This document shows positions 38,359-47,755 of a stretch of DNA of 64,000 bases, piece after piece (position 1 is the first letter of the stretch; the number at the start of each line of letters is the position of its first letter). The stretch is taken from positions 1-64,000 of IMG/VR virus record IMGVR_UViG_3300016476_001169. One strand, written 5' to 3'. This stretch comes from a virus. Made by a program: the position numbers and the translations under genes. The notes under the pieces are model-generated. The model saw only the letters and a list, made by a program, of their open reading frames with translations, had not been told where the DNA came from and did no database searches.

Positions 38359-39318
38359 TTAATTATCGCTCACAGTTTTTAAAGTTTGTATAGCCAAGTC
38401 AATAACTTTTTCATCAATGTTCTTCAGTTTGCCAGATTGCTTTAAAGATTCATAAATGTCTTCATCATCACCAATAATGTTCATCATGGAAATTTGCTTG
38501 ATGTATTTTTCAGCATCTTGCTTGTTATCTTTTTTGATTTGGGCCTCTTCAATTTTAAAAATCTCATCTGCTGGCTTGCTGGCTTTAAGCTTGATGTATT
38601 CTTCCTGATAAATGTTACCTTCCAAATCATATTCCATAAATAAAACTTGGGGCTCTTTTAATTTATTTGCATCATTTAGTCTTTCGCGAGAAATCGAACC
38701 AGGATTAATAAATCTAACACCATCAGCCCTTTTCTTTTGCATAGCATCATGGATGTGGCCAGCCACTATTAATTTTGTAGCCTTATTGGTTGGTATCTCA
38801 TCAAATAATACGAATGAACCAAAATAGGGCCCCAAAGTTATTGAAATGTGAGCTGCCACTATTGGGTAAGCTTTATCTAATAGATAGCCTTCTTTAAATT
38901 CATCTGCCTTTGTTGCAGTGTGATGTACTAGATGAATGCCATACTTTTCAATGCTATCATCTGTCTTTAAAACTCCAGCTTCAACCAAAGTTCTAATAGA
39001 AGACTGTGGATAATATTGATCAAGATTGTGCTTCACATCATGGTTGCCAATTAATGTATACCAAGGAATTTTGGATTGAAGCAAAATTCTTAAGTAACCA
39101 TTTCTAATTAGGGGCCCTGGTTCAATTCTGTGAAATACATCACCAAGGTGCAAAACCAAATCGCATTCTTTCTGGTGTGCGATTTCTACAATCTCTTTCA
39201 TTTCAGCCAAGCAAGCATCTACATAACTGTCTTTGCGCTTTTCTGGAGTATTATCATCTCCGTGGGTATCGCCCACAAAAAGAATCTTTATTTTATTTAA
39301 ATTAGAGGCCGATTGCAT
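38359..39318 (-). CDS. sbcD: SbcD/Mre11-like metallophosphoesterase nuclease
   Basis: GDTH, LGDVFH, GNHD, AGHIH, NPGSI. Confidence 0.88.
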   Translation of the reverse strand: MQSASNLNKIKILFVGDTHGDDNTPEKRKDSYVDACLAEMKEIVEIAHQKECDLVLHLGDVFHRIEPGPLIRNGYLRILLQSKIPWYTLIGNHDVKHNLDQYYPQSSIRTLVEAGVLKTDDSIEKYGIHLVHHTATKADEFKEGYLLDKAYPIVAAHISITLGPYFGSFVLFDEIPTNKATKLIVAGHIHDAMQKKRADGVRFINPGSISRERLNDANKLKEPQVLFMEYDLEGNIYQEEYIKLKASKPADEIFKIEEAQIKKDNKQDAEKYIKQISMMNIIGDDEDIYESLKQSGKLKNIDEKVIDLAIQTLKTVSDN

Positions 39319-40433
39319 GATTCACACCAATTTCCATTCAATTTCAGTTCATCAATCAAGATGTTTAGCTCTTCTTTCAAAGCCTTGACATTTTGCTCTT
39401 CAAGTTCTTTAGCTGCTGCTTCATCATTAATTGAAGTATTTAAATCTTTATCGTTTTTAATAAAAGACTTGGCTCTTGTATTCACATCAATAAACGATCT
39501 AACAGATTCCATTAAATTTTTATTTTCTTCTGTCAAGAATTGTTCACAAGATAATAAATCTGCTTTTGTCTTTTTATATTCTTTTGCAATCTTTTGATAT
39601 TCTGACAAATAAAAATTAGATCTAGATACTTGGTTACTTAATTTTGATAAATTATCAAATTGGTCTTTTAATTCTGCGAAAGCTTTTTCTTTAGCTAATT
39701 TAGTTTTGATTTGTTTTGCTTCTAAAAAGATTTTATTATTTTGTTCAATAAAAAAGCGGGCCCTATTTGATTTTTCAATTTGCTTATTAACATCTTTTAA
39801 TTTTTCTTCAATGTCTTCAATTCTTTCCAAATCTTTATCGACATAAGAATAATTATCAAGTTCTGTTTCTAGCTTTTCAATCTTTTCTTTTTTGTCTTTA
39901 ATAGAGCGATCGTAAGATCTGGCTGTTTTAGATAGCAGTTCGGCAGAAGTTTGTAAATGTTGAATGCCTGTCAACTCAGATAAGGTCCTTGGCAAATCAC
40001 TAGAGCTGAGGTCTACTAAGAACAAGCTTGACATTTGGTCAGCGTAAGAGATTGGCCTCTTTTTATCATCTAGAGGAGGATTGCCAAGATTCTTTTTAAC
40101 TTCATCTGGTATACCTGTGCCAACCTTTGGGAAGGAGTGAATGTTGCCTTCTGCGTCAGTTATTAAGTATGAGTTAACATCTTCGCCTTTGATTCTAGTA
40201 ACTTCTACACCATCTGAGAATTTAACAGATACAGAGCATTCTTTTTCACCGTGACGAATGTAAGTATCTCTCTTGTAGTTATTGTGAAATACAAGATTAA
40301 TCGCTCGCAAGATAGCTGATTTTCCAGCATCAGAAGATCCTACTATAAGATTGATCCCATTGGTGAAATCTATCGTTGTATCTGCATGATCTTGAAAGTT
40401 TTTAAGCTTTACTTGTGTAATGTATCTGTTCAT
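39297..40433 (-). CDS. sbcC: SbcC/Rad50-like ATPase, N-terminal half ending at the zinc hook
   Basis: LKNFQDH, Walker A GSSDAGKSAI, Q-loop, coiled-coil and terminal CESCNRPL. Confidence 0.85.
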   Translation of the reverse strand: MNRYITQVKLKNFQDHADTTIDFTNGINLIVGSSDAGKSAILRAINLVFHNNYKRDTYIRHGEKECSVSVKFSDGVEVTRIKGEDVNSYLITDAEGNIHSFPKVGTGIPDEVKKNLGNPPLDDKKRPISYADQMSSLFLVDLSSSDLPRTLSELTGIQHLQTSAELLSKTARSYDRSIKDKKEKIEKLETELDNYSYVDKDLERIEDIEEKLKDVNKQIEKSNRARFFIEQNNKIFLEAKQIKTKLAKEKAFAELKDQFDNLSKLSNQVSRSNFYLSEYQKIAKEYKKTKADLLSCEQFLTEENKNLMESVRSFIDVNTRAKSFIKNDKDLNTSINDEAAAKELEEQNVKALKEELNILIDELKLNGNWCESCNRPLI

Positions 40434-40945
40434 TAAATTGGTTCCAAAATTTTAAGATTGTGCAAAGACCCACCAAAGAATTTAGAATAAATCTTTTCTC
40501 TACAATCATAGCTATCTATATAGTCTGTTCTTAAGTTAAATAAATGAACAGACTCTAAGGTAAATTTTGGAACAATGTAAAATGGGGCCCCTTTAATACA
40601 CTTGCAAGGCTGATCATTCTGGGAAAAATAAGTTTTACAAGAAGGGCACTGTATTTGAGAGCAATCTAACTCCATGCCAGTCCAATAATTCTCAAACTTT
40701 ACAGTTGGACTAAGATTCTTGAAGTATAAGAAAATACTTTTTTGATCGGCATGGTATAGATCAATCATTGATTCACCAACTTTAGCACCCTTGAAATAAA
40801 GATTCACTCTGGGTCGGCGATCAAAGCTTTCTTTTAGCTTGATAGGTAAAAAGTAGCCTGGATGAATAATAGATTCTTGAAAGCCATGAACTATAATTTG
40901 ATTTTTAGTATAAACTATCTTAGATAATTCGGGCCTCTTAAACAT
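40433..40945 (-). CDS. hypothetical protein with Cys cluster
   Basis: CPSC...CKC; first gene of the operon. Confidence 0.6.
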   Translation of the reverse strand: MFKRPELSKIVYTKNQIIVHGFQESIIHPGYFLPIKLKESFDRRPRVNLYFKGAKVGESMIDLYHADQKSIFLYFKNLSPTVKFENYWTGMELDCSQIQCPSCKTYFSQNDQPCKCIKGAPFYIVPKFTLESVHLFNLRTDYIDSYDCREKIYSKFFGGSLHNLKILEPI

Positions 40946-40956
40946 AATTATATTAT

Positions 40957-40983
40957 AGGCATTTTTATTCTATTTGGAGAAAA
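40957..40983 (+). promoter_or_regulatory. putative phage late promoter (AGG-N19-GAAAA variant)
   Basis: atAGGcatttttattctatttggaGAAAAg, at the strand switch. Confidence 0.4.
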
Positions 40984-40994
40984 GTATATTTGAA

Positions 40995-41177
40995 ATGGTA
41001 ATAGTTAGAATTGACAGAGACATGCTAATTGAGGACATCCTAGCCATTAGAGCCCTTGTGCCTGTTGAAAATGATGCAGCCAGAGACAGAATAGACAAGC
41101 TTATAGCTTTAGTTAGCAGTTTGCCAAGTGATGAAAACAAGGCGCAATTTCCAAGAGCGAGTGTAAGAAGGTTATGA
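40995..41177 (+). CDS. hypothetical protein
   Basis: ATG at 40995 preferred over TTG at 40974; ATGA overlap with the next gene. Confidence 0.6.
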   Translation: MVIVRIDRDMLIEDILAIRALVPVENDAARDRIDKLIALVSSLPSDENKAQFPRASVRRL

Positions 41178-41668
41178 ACATTTATTCCAAATTAAAAGAT
41201 GCATTAATAGAATCTGAAAATGTAAATAATTTCAAAGCTGCAGACCAGATTGCTGCTGCTACTATAAGATTAGCTGCTGCCGCGAGCGATAATGAAGTGG
41301 GCGTAGATGCTCAAATAAGAGAATACATTGCACAATTGGAAAATCAAGTTGCAAATTTAAGTTTGCAAAATAGATACCAAGCTTTGCAAAATCAAAATCT
41401 TACATCACAATTAATGGGGGCCATGGGGAATCAAGTGCCAGACGGAGTGACTGTACAACAAAGCGCAAGATTGCCAGGCGCCATAGAAGCCATTTTGGAT
41501 AATCCTGTCATTCCACTCACCGTTAAGAATCTTAACAACCAAGATGTCAATGGTGTTGCAATCAATAGTGAAACTAACAGAGCAACATGGAACATGCCTG
41601 GTAATATGCCAAAGGGTAATATTAGCGAAGGTGGAATTCACGGCCATGAATTGGCTGTTAAACAATAG
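41174..41668 (+). CDS. hypothetical protein with N-terminal ..KAADQI..IRLA motif
   Basis: 164 aa, coiled-coil. Confidence 0.7.
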   Translation: MNIYSKLKDALIESENVNNFKAADQIAAATIRLAAAASDNEVGVDAQIREYIAQLENQVANLSLQNRYQALQNQNLTSQLMGAMGNQVPDGVTVQQSARLPGAIEAILDNPVIPLTVKNLNNQDVNGVAINSETNRATWNMPGNMPKGNISEGGIHGHELAVKQ

Positions 41669-41682
41669 AAGGAATTCAAATC

Positions 41683-41961
41683 TTGAAAAAACAAAGACTG
41701 ATTGAATTACAGAGCAAAGCTGAAGAAGGAAACTCAGAACTCAAAGATAGCATTGAAATCTTAGCAGAATTTTTTGTTTCACAAAGTCAGCATAATAAAG
41801 AATTGAAGAATGAAATTTTAGAATTAAATTCTAAGATAACAAGCTTAAACAGAAAGATTGATCAAATTTTAAAATTTACAACAACTGAACCCTTGGCTCA
41901 GATCTTGATTGAAAATTTAGAAGAGTTTGAAAAAAATCAAATTGAAGAAGATGATGAATAA
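41683..41961 (+). CDS. small coiled-coil protein
   Basis: TTG start with AAGGA SD. Confidence 0.6.
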   Translation: MKKQRLIELQSKAEEGNSELKDSIEILAEFFVSQSQHNKELKNEILELNSKITSLNRKIDQILKFTTTEPLAQILIENLEEFEKNQIEEDDE

Positions 41962-41965
41962 TAAT

Positions 41966-41991
41966 AAAAAGCTCCCTTTCGGGAGCTTTTT
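41966..41991. terminator. bidirectional terminator
   Basis: AAAAAGCTCCC-tttc-GGGAGCTTTTT between convergent genes. Confidence 0.85.
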
Positions 41992-41993
41992 AT

Positions 41994-42686
41994 TTAGCTG
42001 AGATTATCTCCAAATTCCATTGGAGTATCAAACTCATTATCACAAACAAAGCATCCAAATCTTTCATGTGAAATCTGGTATGCATCAGACTTATTGCACC
42101 ATGGGCACTCTACTTTTTCAATAGAGCCAGAATCACTAAACCAAACTTTGCCAAGAACTTTAGTATTCTTAAGTTCGGGAACTTTATCTGTATCACTATT
42201 GAAATCAGAAGGAACCAAGATTTTCTTTCTCATACCTTCAACCGAAAGCTCGGCGTTTTCAACATCTTCGATAAGATCAATTTCTAATTCTTCTGCATTT
42301 AATCTTAACTGCTTTTCAAACTCATCTTCTTGAGCTTCTGCAAATTTGCCATAATTGCCTAAAATCTTCTCGACATCTGATTCTGGCACAAAGTGTGCTT
42401 TGCTAATACCTGCTCCAGGAACAGATTCATTATATTTGGCCAGCACCTTTCCAGATGTAGTATCAATAATACCCTCTGAAGTAATTGGGCCCACTTCTAA
42501 AATTGCAGTAGCAAGCCTTTTAGCCGCATAAATTGCCAAGTCTTCGTTTGGCATGACTCCCACATTGTCTTCAAAACCTTTAGCAATTTCTCTCAGACAA
42601 TCTTGTTCTTCTGGTGAAAAATGCTCAAAACTTTTAGTTAATGTGTCCCAAAAGATAACCTTACCGCGAGTTAAATTATAATCCAT
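41994..42686 (-). CDS. hypothetical protein with C-terminal zinc ribbon
   Basis: CPWC...CFVC; AGGAG SD. Confidence 0.7.
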   Translation of the reverse strand: MDYNLTRGKVIFWDTLTKSFEHFSPEEQDCLREIAKGFEDNVGVMPNEDLAIYAAKRLATAILEVGPITSEGIIDTTSGKVLAKYNESVPGAGISKAHFVPESDVEKILGNYGKFAEAQEDEFEKQLRLNAEELEIDLIEDVENAELSVEGMRKKILVPSDFNSDTDKVPELKNTKVLGKVWFSDSGSIEKVECPWCNKSDAYQISHERFGCFVCDNEFDTPMEFGDNLS

Positions 42687-42721
42687 GTTTTTCTCCTACA
42701 AAGATTATACTCGATTTGGCC

Positions 42722-43564
42722 CTAATAATCAATCGTTTTAAACTTCAATTCTATTGGATAACTATAGCCTCCAGTGGGTAAATATTGAATGTTTAATGTT
42801 TCGTTTGGTCTTATTAATTGATTGTGAAATTTGACATCTTTCTTAGGCTGTATCTCTCCTGTGGAAATAACATCATCGTCTCCAACCTTAAATACAGCTG
42901 TCATCTTTCCAGCTCTTGAATTAATAAAACATAATAACATTTTATCTTTATCACTGGTGTTTTTAATTGAAAAATTATAGTTATAACCATAATGGCCAGG
43001 TATAATATCTTTTCGATTGTCGCCTAGGCGAAATTCGAATGGTTTGTTATCTTTTAGTTCGGCCTGAATATCTCTGTCAAAATCATCTACATTGATAATT
43101 TTGATGCCGTCAACTTCCTCGCCTGCACCAAGTCTGCAAAACCAGCTATTGCCCTTGTCCATCTTTGCTTCAATTATGCCAGATACTGTGTCTCCATGTG
43201 CAACCTCTTTAATAAGTTGTGGATTTGACACAGATTTAGCTTTGGCATTTAAAAAGCTTTTAATTGCCTTGGAACCTGCTATACCCGGCTCTTCATTAGT
43301 TTCTACTGCAGATCTGAAATCTTTAAAATTTCCTTTTAACTTAAAGTTAAAAACCTGTTCACGCCCCGTTGCATTTAGGTAATGGAAAAATATTCTTGTA
43401 TTTGATGGTTCATTTATTATTTGTTTGCCTAACTTGCCAGATTCTTCAACCTTTTCTGGAAAGTTTAAAAACACAAGACGCTTGGCCAACACACTGTCAT
43501 AAGCAGTAGAGCCACTTATGACAAGAATACCAAAAAGCAATAGGGCTACGAAGATTTTCTTCAT
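42722..43564 (-). CDS. secreted protein of unknown function
   Basis: Sec signal MKKIFVALLLFGILVISGSTA; beta-rich mature part. Confidence 0.7.
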   Translation of the reverse strand: MKKIFVALLLFGILVISGSTAYDSVLAKRLVFLNFPEKVEESGKLGKQIINEPSNTRIFFHYLNATGREQVFNFKLKGNFKDFRSAVETNEEPGIAGSKAIKSFLNAKAKSVSNPQLIKEVAHGDTVSGIIEAKMDKGNSWFCRLGAGEEVDGIKIINVDDFDRDIQAELKDNKPFEFRLGDNRKDIIPGHYGYNYNFSIKNTSDKDKMLLCFINSRAGKMTAVFKVGDDDVISTGEIQPKKDVKFHNQLIRPNETLNIQYLPTGGYSYPIELKFKTIDY

Positions 43565-43601
43565 AGCTCAACACTCCTTGCGTTTGTTTAGGTATGATTA
43601 T

Positions 43602-43628
43602 TATTAGATTAAAAGGGGGCTTTTGCCT
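43602..43628 (-). promoter_or_regulatory. putative phage late promoter (AGG-N19-TAATA)
   Basis: Minus strand aaAGGcaaaagcccccttttaatcTAATAat. Confidence 0.55.
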
Positions 43629-43661
43629 TTATAATAGACGATAATATTATGAGGTATTATA

Positions 43662-44213
43662 ATGTCTAGAAATTTATTATATGACAAATTTATTGCCGAA
43701 AGCAAAGATTATTTTAACAATTTTGATTTTAAATCTATTGGCTTTACGGACAATTCCAATTCTGAAAAAGCCTGTGCTTTATTAGACCGAATGCAAGCAG
43801 TCTATGAGGCAAAAGACTCAGACTATAGTGAAAATGATTTACCAATGGGGAATTTGCGAGAATCAATAGAATTAGGCATAGACCCATGGAAGGGTGTTCT
43901 TCTTAGGATTGGTGATAAGAAAAGAAGAATTGGCTCCTTTATTAAAAAAGAATCCTTTCTAGTAAAGGATGAAGCTGTGGATGATACATTGGTGGACATG
44001 GCAAATTATTCTTTTTTAGGTTGTGCATTAATGGGTGATCTTGGAGATGAAACTATCACTGAAACATGGAAAACCATGGCCAAAGATTGTGTTTTAGCTA
44101 AGATTGTTTTTGAAAACAAGCACAATGATGGCGTTCCTAGATGGTCTATAATTATGTGGCCAAGAATTCTTGCTTCATACAATATTTTAGCAAAATTCGC
44201 TAGAGAAAACTAA
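43662..44213 (+). CDS. DUF1599 / nucleotide-modification-associated domain 1 (Nmad1) protein
   Basis: KDSDYS...RIGDKKRRI...VKDEAVDDTLVDMANYS. Confidence 0.75.
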   Translation: MSRNLLYDKFIAESKDYFNNFDFKSIGFTDNSNSEKACALLDRMQAVYEAKDSDYSENDLPMGNLRESIELGIDPWKGVLLRIGDKKRRIGSFIKKESFLVKDEAVDDTLVDMANYSFLGCALMGDLGDETITETWKTMAKDCVLAKIVFENKHNDGVPRWSIIMWPRILASYNILAKFAREN

Positions 44214-44219
44214 AATTCA

Positions 44220-44246
44220 AGGAAAACTCGGGGCAAAACTGTAAAA
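44220..44246 (+). promoter_or_regulatory. putative phage late promoter (AGG-N19-TAAAA)
   Basis: caAGGaaaactcggggcaaaactgTAAAAt. Confidence 0.6.
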
Positions 44247-44270
44247 TTCTCAATAGGAGAGATACAGATA

Positions 44271-46805
44271 ATGCCCCGAGTTTTTAATTTATCCGAATTT
44301 GATATTAGGTTAGCAGCCAAAACTTATACTTTAGAAAATCTTCCACCAGCCTCTATTGATGAAATCGTCAATGAAATAACAGGGGGGCAGGCTGCTAATT
44401 TAAGTGATCAAGACAAAATTGCCATAGTACAAGAATACTTGGCAGGTAGCATTACTGATCCTTCACAAATTCCTCACGCTCTCCGAGAAGTTAAAGATCC
44501 AAGCCTTGTAGGCTCAGGTGTGGATGTAGCAAACCAAAAGATCAGACAAATCAAAGACGCCATTGCCAGACTCAAAAAAGAAGACTCTGATAGATACAAG
44601 GCTATTCTTGAATCATTAGGTGGAAATGAAGATCAGCTTTTAAAAGCTGCTTTTGAAAAGTTTCAACAGCAATATATTCCACAGATTATAGATCTCTGGA
44701 GTGCAAGAATGAATCCAGCTAGAATTAAATCATTCTTAACTTTACCAGAAGAACTTAGAGGCCAGCAAGAAACCGCAACACAATCTCTCCGTTCTGAATA
44801 TTTTAACCAAACTACTGAACAATTTACAAAAGTCAGTTCTGATTTGAATGAAGAATTTGGCTTATCTGTTGAACAGATAGCATGGATCTTTAGGGGTACA
44901 AGAACATCAAATGTAGAGTCTATGCCTGATTACCAAAATACAGCCACTAGACTCGGTGAAGGTAATTTAGAAGCTGGTAAAAAGCTCCTAACCAAAATTT
45001 TGGCTAATTCAGAAAAAGATACTACCACCTGGCTTTCTAACCTTCAAAAAGATTATGCCGCAGGACTTTACACAGGCGGCAAAGACTGGGACACAGCAGT
45101 TGATAAAGAGGGTAATCCATTATTCGCTCCAGAAGAGCTTGTTGTGGCAAAATCGCTCGCTGAAAAAACTGCTGGTGCAATTACCAAGCATGAAGTACTA
45201 AGAGAAATTGGCCTTAGTACATTGCAATTCCCACAACAGCCTTCTGATTTATTTGATACAGGCGATCCAGCAAAAATCCAAACAGTTGAAGGCGAAGATA
45301 GATATTTTGAGGCCAGAAACAATCCTTACAACTGGGTCATTCTTTCACAATTGCTTGAGAAGGGTGGCTATGGCTATAACAGCAAAGCTCTTCCAGATTT
45401 CTTTGGTAAAGATTTTACTCAAAAAGAATTAGAAACTTCTGACTGGAATGAAATAAGAAAACAAATTCATGATGCAACAGAAGAAGGTTTGCCAACTGGA
45501 AGTTATATTGATCATGCTTTGTTTTATGTAGCACATACACTTTGTGGCAAGAGCGAAGCTAAGTTCAAAGACATGCTTGCAAAGATGGAAGAAACTGTTG
45601 ACAGCGATGTTAGCGTTGATGCACTATTTGATCCAGATCAGAAAGTCATTCCTGACCCAAGATACGTTGACATGCTTCTTAATTTTAGATCAAAGGCTGA
45701 AAAGCGCTGTGTAGATAAATTAAGAGGCACCTTTGGTTTAGAAGTTGTACCTTATGAATTGGGCTTGCCTGTCTTAGATGGTTGTAACATTAACAAAGAT
45801 GGATTCCAAGTTGACTTTTTAATCCCTTGTGATGTTTTAGAACAATGGAACCAAGGCCAGGATGGTTTGTATCATCCTACAATCCGCCAAAAAATGATCT
45901 TTGTAGGCGAATATTATGGCTTTGATAGAAGCAACCTTATCGAAGTCAATGCCAAGGGCGCTGAAGGCTTTTATGGCATAGATGGAGACATCGCAAAGGT
46001 TACCGATAAGAAAACTGGTCAAGTAGTTGAAGCCAAAAACGGAGCATTGCTTACAGCTGGTCAAAAGTATGACATTAGAACTGGCTGGAAGAAAATGACC
46101 GAAGATTTCTTCGCATCTTCTACAGGCAATGCTGCGATTCACATTGATAAAGACCTCAGTGATGATTCTATTATTTCAGAGCTTGATAGATGTAAGATTA
46201 TTTACACCTATAAGATGCCTATTAATAATAGTTTAAATGCTATCAAACAACACGCTGCTGTTTGCCAAGACCCAAACTGTGATTCAAAAAGAATGTTTGA
46301 TACATCTTCTGGGGCCCCTATTTTTAAGAAAACCCAAATAACAACTGGCGAAGCCTATGTTAGATGCTGCATTGCTGACTTAGAAATACAAAAGGGCATG
46401 ATGCCTGTTATCTTAGAAGCAAGGCTTGATAAGAGCTTTGGCAGAAAAGAAATTCATGATTATTACATGAAGAAAAAAGAAATCGAAAAAAGATTTGTTG
46501 AAAATAGAAAGAGCCCAAGCTTTTCTATGGATTTAGAAGTAAAACTATCAAATGATTTACAAGCTGTTAATAATCAAATTAGTTTTGTAACAGAAAAATT
46601 CAATGAGAGAAAACAATCACCTGAATACCAAGCTAGTTTAACAGCTTTGCAGCAACTCTTAAACGAAGCCTCTGCTGGTACAAAAACAGACAGAGAGATT
46701 TATGCACAAGCTAACAACATAATCAAACCTTGGATCCCATACATTCAAAGTAGAAGAAGAGCAAATTTAGCAGACTTGTTATTTAGAATAGCAATCTCAA
46801 GTTAA
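44271..46805 (+). CDS. large hypothetical protein with PD-(D/E)XK-like central domain
   Basis: FRSKAE...PYE...VDFLIP...FVGEYYG; AGGAG SD. Confidence 0.6.
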   Translation: MPRVFNLSEFDIRLAAKTYTLENLPPASIDEIVNEITGGQAANLSDQDKIAIVQEYLAGSITDPSQIPHALREVKDPSLVGSGVDVANQKIRQIKDAIARLKKEDSDRYKAILESLGGNEDQLLKAAFEKFQQQYIPQIIDLWSARMNPARIKSFLTLPEELRGQQETATQSLRSEYFNQTTEQFTKVSSDLNEEFGLSVEQIAWIFRGTRTSNVESMPDYQNTATRLGEGNLEAGKKLLTKILANSEKDTTTWLSNLQKDYAAGLYTGGKDWDTAVDKEGNPLFAPEELVVAKSLAEKTAGAITKHEVLREIGLSTLQFPQQPSDLFDTGDPAKIQTVEGEDRYFEARNNPYNWVILSQLLEKGGYGYNSKALPDFFGKDFTQKELETSDWNEIRKQIHDATEEGLPTGSYIDHALFYVAHTLCGKSEAKFKDMLAKMEETVDSDVSVDALFDPDQKVIPDPRYVDMLLNFRSKAEKRCVDKLRGTFGLEVVPYELGLPVLDGCNINKDGFQVDFLIPCDVLEQWNQGQDGLYHPTIRQKMIFVGEYYGFDRSNLIEVNAKGAEGFYGIDGDIAKVTDKKTGQVVEAKNGALLTAGQKYDIRTGWKKMTEDFFASSTGNAAIHIDKDLSDDSIISELDRCKIIYTYKMPINNSLNAIKQHAAVCQDPNCDSKRMFDTSSGAPIFKKTQITTGEAYVRCCIADLEIQKGMMPVILEARLDKSFGRKEIHDYYMKKKEIEKRFVENRKSPSFSMDLEVKLSNDLQAVNNQISFVTEKFNERKQSPEYQASLTALQQLLNEASAGTKTDREIYAQANNIIKPWIPYIQSRRRANLADLLFRIAISS

Positions 46806-46815
46806 GGAAATAAAA

Positions 46816-47691
46816 ATGCCAGTATTAGACCCTACAGTAATCAGTAATTGGTATAGAATCAAAGACGAATATAATAATTTTTATGTCGTACAAGATTTTT
46901 CAATGAACCAAAATAGTTCTGTCCAAAATAAACCTCTTGTACAGGGTGACATTGGGACCAGAATCATGGACGTGGGTGGTATCTCCTATACTTGGAGTGT
47001 TAGCTCGCCAGCTCTTGTAACTGATGGCACAGTTGTTGGAAATGTATTGACATTGATAAAAAATGGCTGGGCAAACATCAAAACTGGTGGCATTGGGGCT
47101 GCTTATCTTTTGGAGAGAGGCGCTATTAGAATCAATAAAGAAGGCGTTGATTGTTCTGCATCATTTAAAAGTGATAACCCATCATCTTTCGTTGCTACTT
47201 ATGGCACTAATGGCAGCAATTATATTGCAAGAGTGGCAAAGTGGTATGATTCTTATTTCACATTCACATTTAGAGGTATACAATCTGCTAATTTATCTAT
47301 TGAAAATGCTGAAATAAACTTTGATCCAGAAATTGGTGAAAGATACTTTGTAGGTGGTACACAGGCCCCTTATTTTAGTGTTAATAGCTATAAATTAAGT
47401 GGGACCATTACTTTCTTAGTGCCACCTGCTGAATTTTATAAATTTAGAAGCATCTATCAAACAGGTAATGATGTTCCTGGAAACTTAGCTGGTACTAGAT
47501 CTTTTTATGTAACTGGTATTGAAAATGCAAATCTTGTTATTGGCCTTCCTGGAACAGGTGGATTTAATTTACAATTAGGTACTGCCAGTATGACAACTGA
47601 GATAACAGCCGCTATAAAAGCGGGAGATATAACCAAGGTTACATTGAAGTTTGTTTCTTACGCAAACTCTTCTACAAACGAATCTTCCTAA
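46816..47691 (+). CDS. putative tail tube-like structural protein
   Basis: Beta-rich, Gly/Thr/Ser-rich 291 aa; INFD...YFVG...SGTITF pattern reminiscent of tail tubes. Confidence 0.45.
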   Translation: MPVLDPTVISNWYRIKDEYNNFYVVQDFSMNQNSSVQNKPLVQGDIGTRIMDVGGISYTWSVSSPALVTDGTVVGNVLTLIKNGWANIKTGGIGAAYLLERGAIRINKEGVDCSASFKSDNPSSFVATYGTNGSNYIARVAKWYDSYFTFTFRGIQSANLSIENAEINFDPEIGERYFVGGTQAPYFSVNSYKLSGTITFLVPPAEFYKFRSIYQTGNDVPGNLAGTRSFYVTGIENANLVIGLPGTGGFNLQLGTASMTTEITAAIKAGDITKVTLKFVSYANSSTNESS

Positions 47692-47755
47692 TTGTTTTAT
47701 AATAGATATATTATATCTATAATATACCTCTATATGGGGTGTCAAAAAACTGAAA

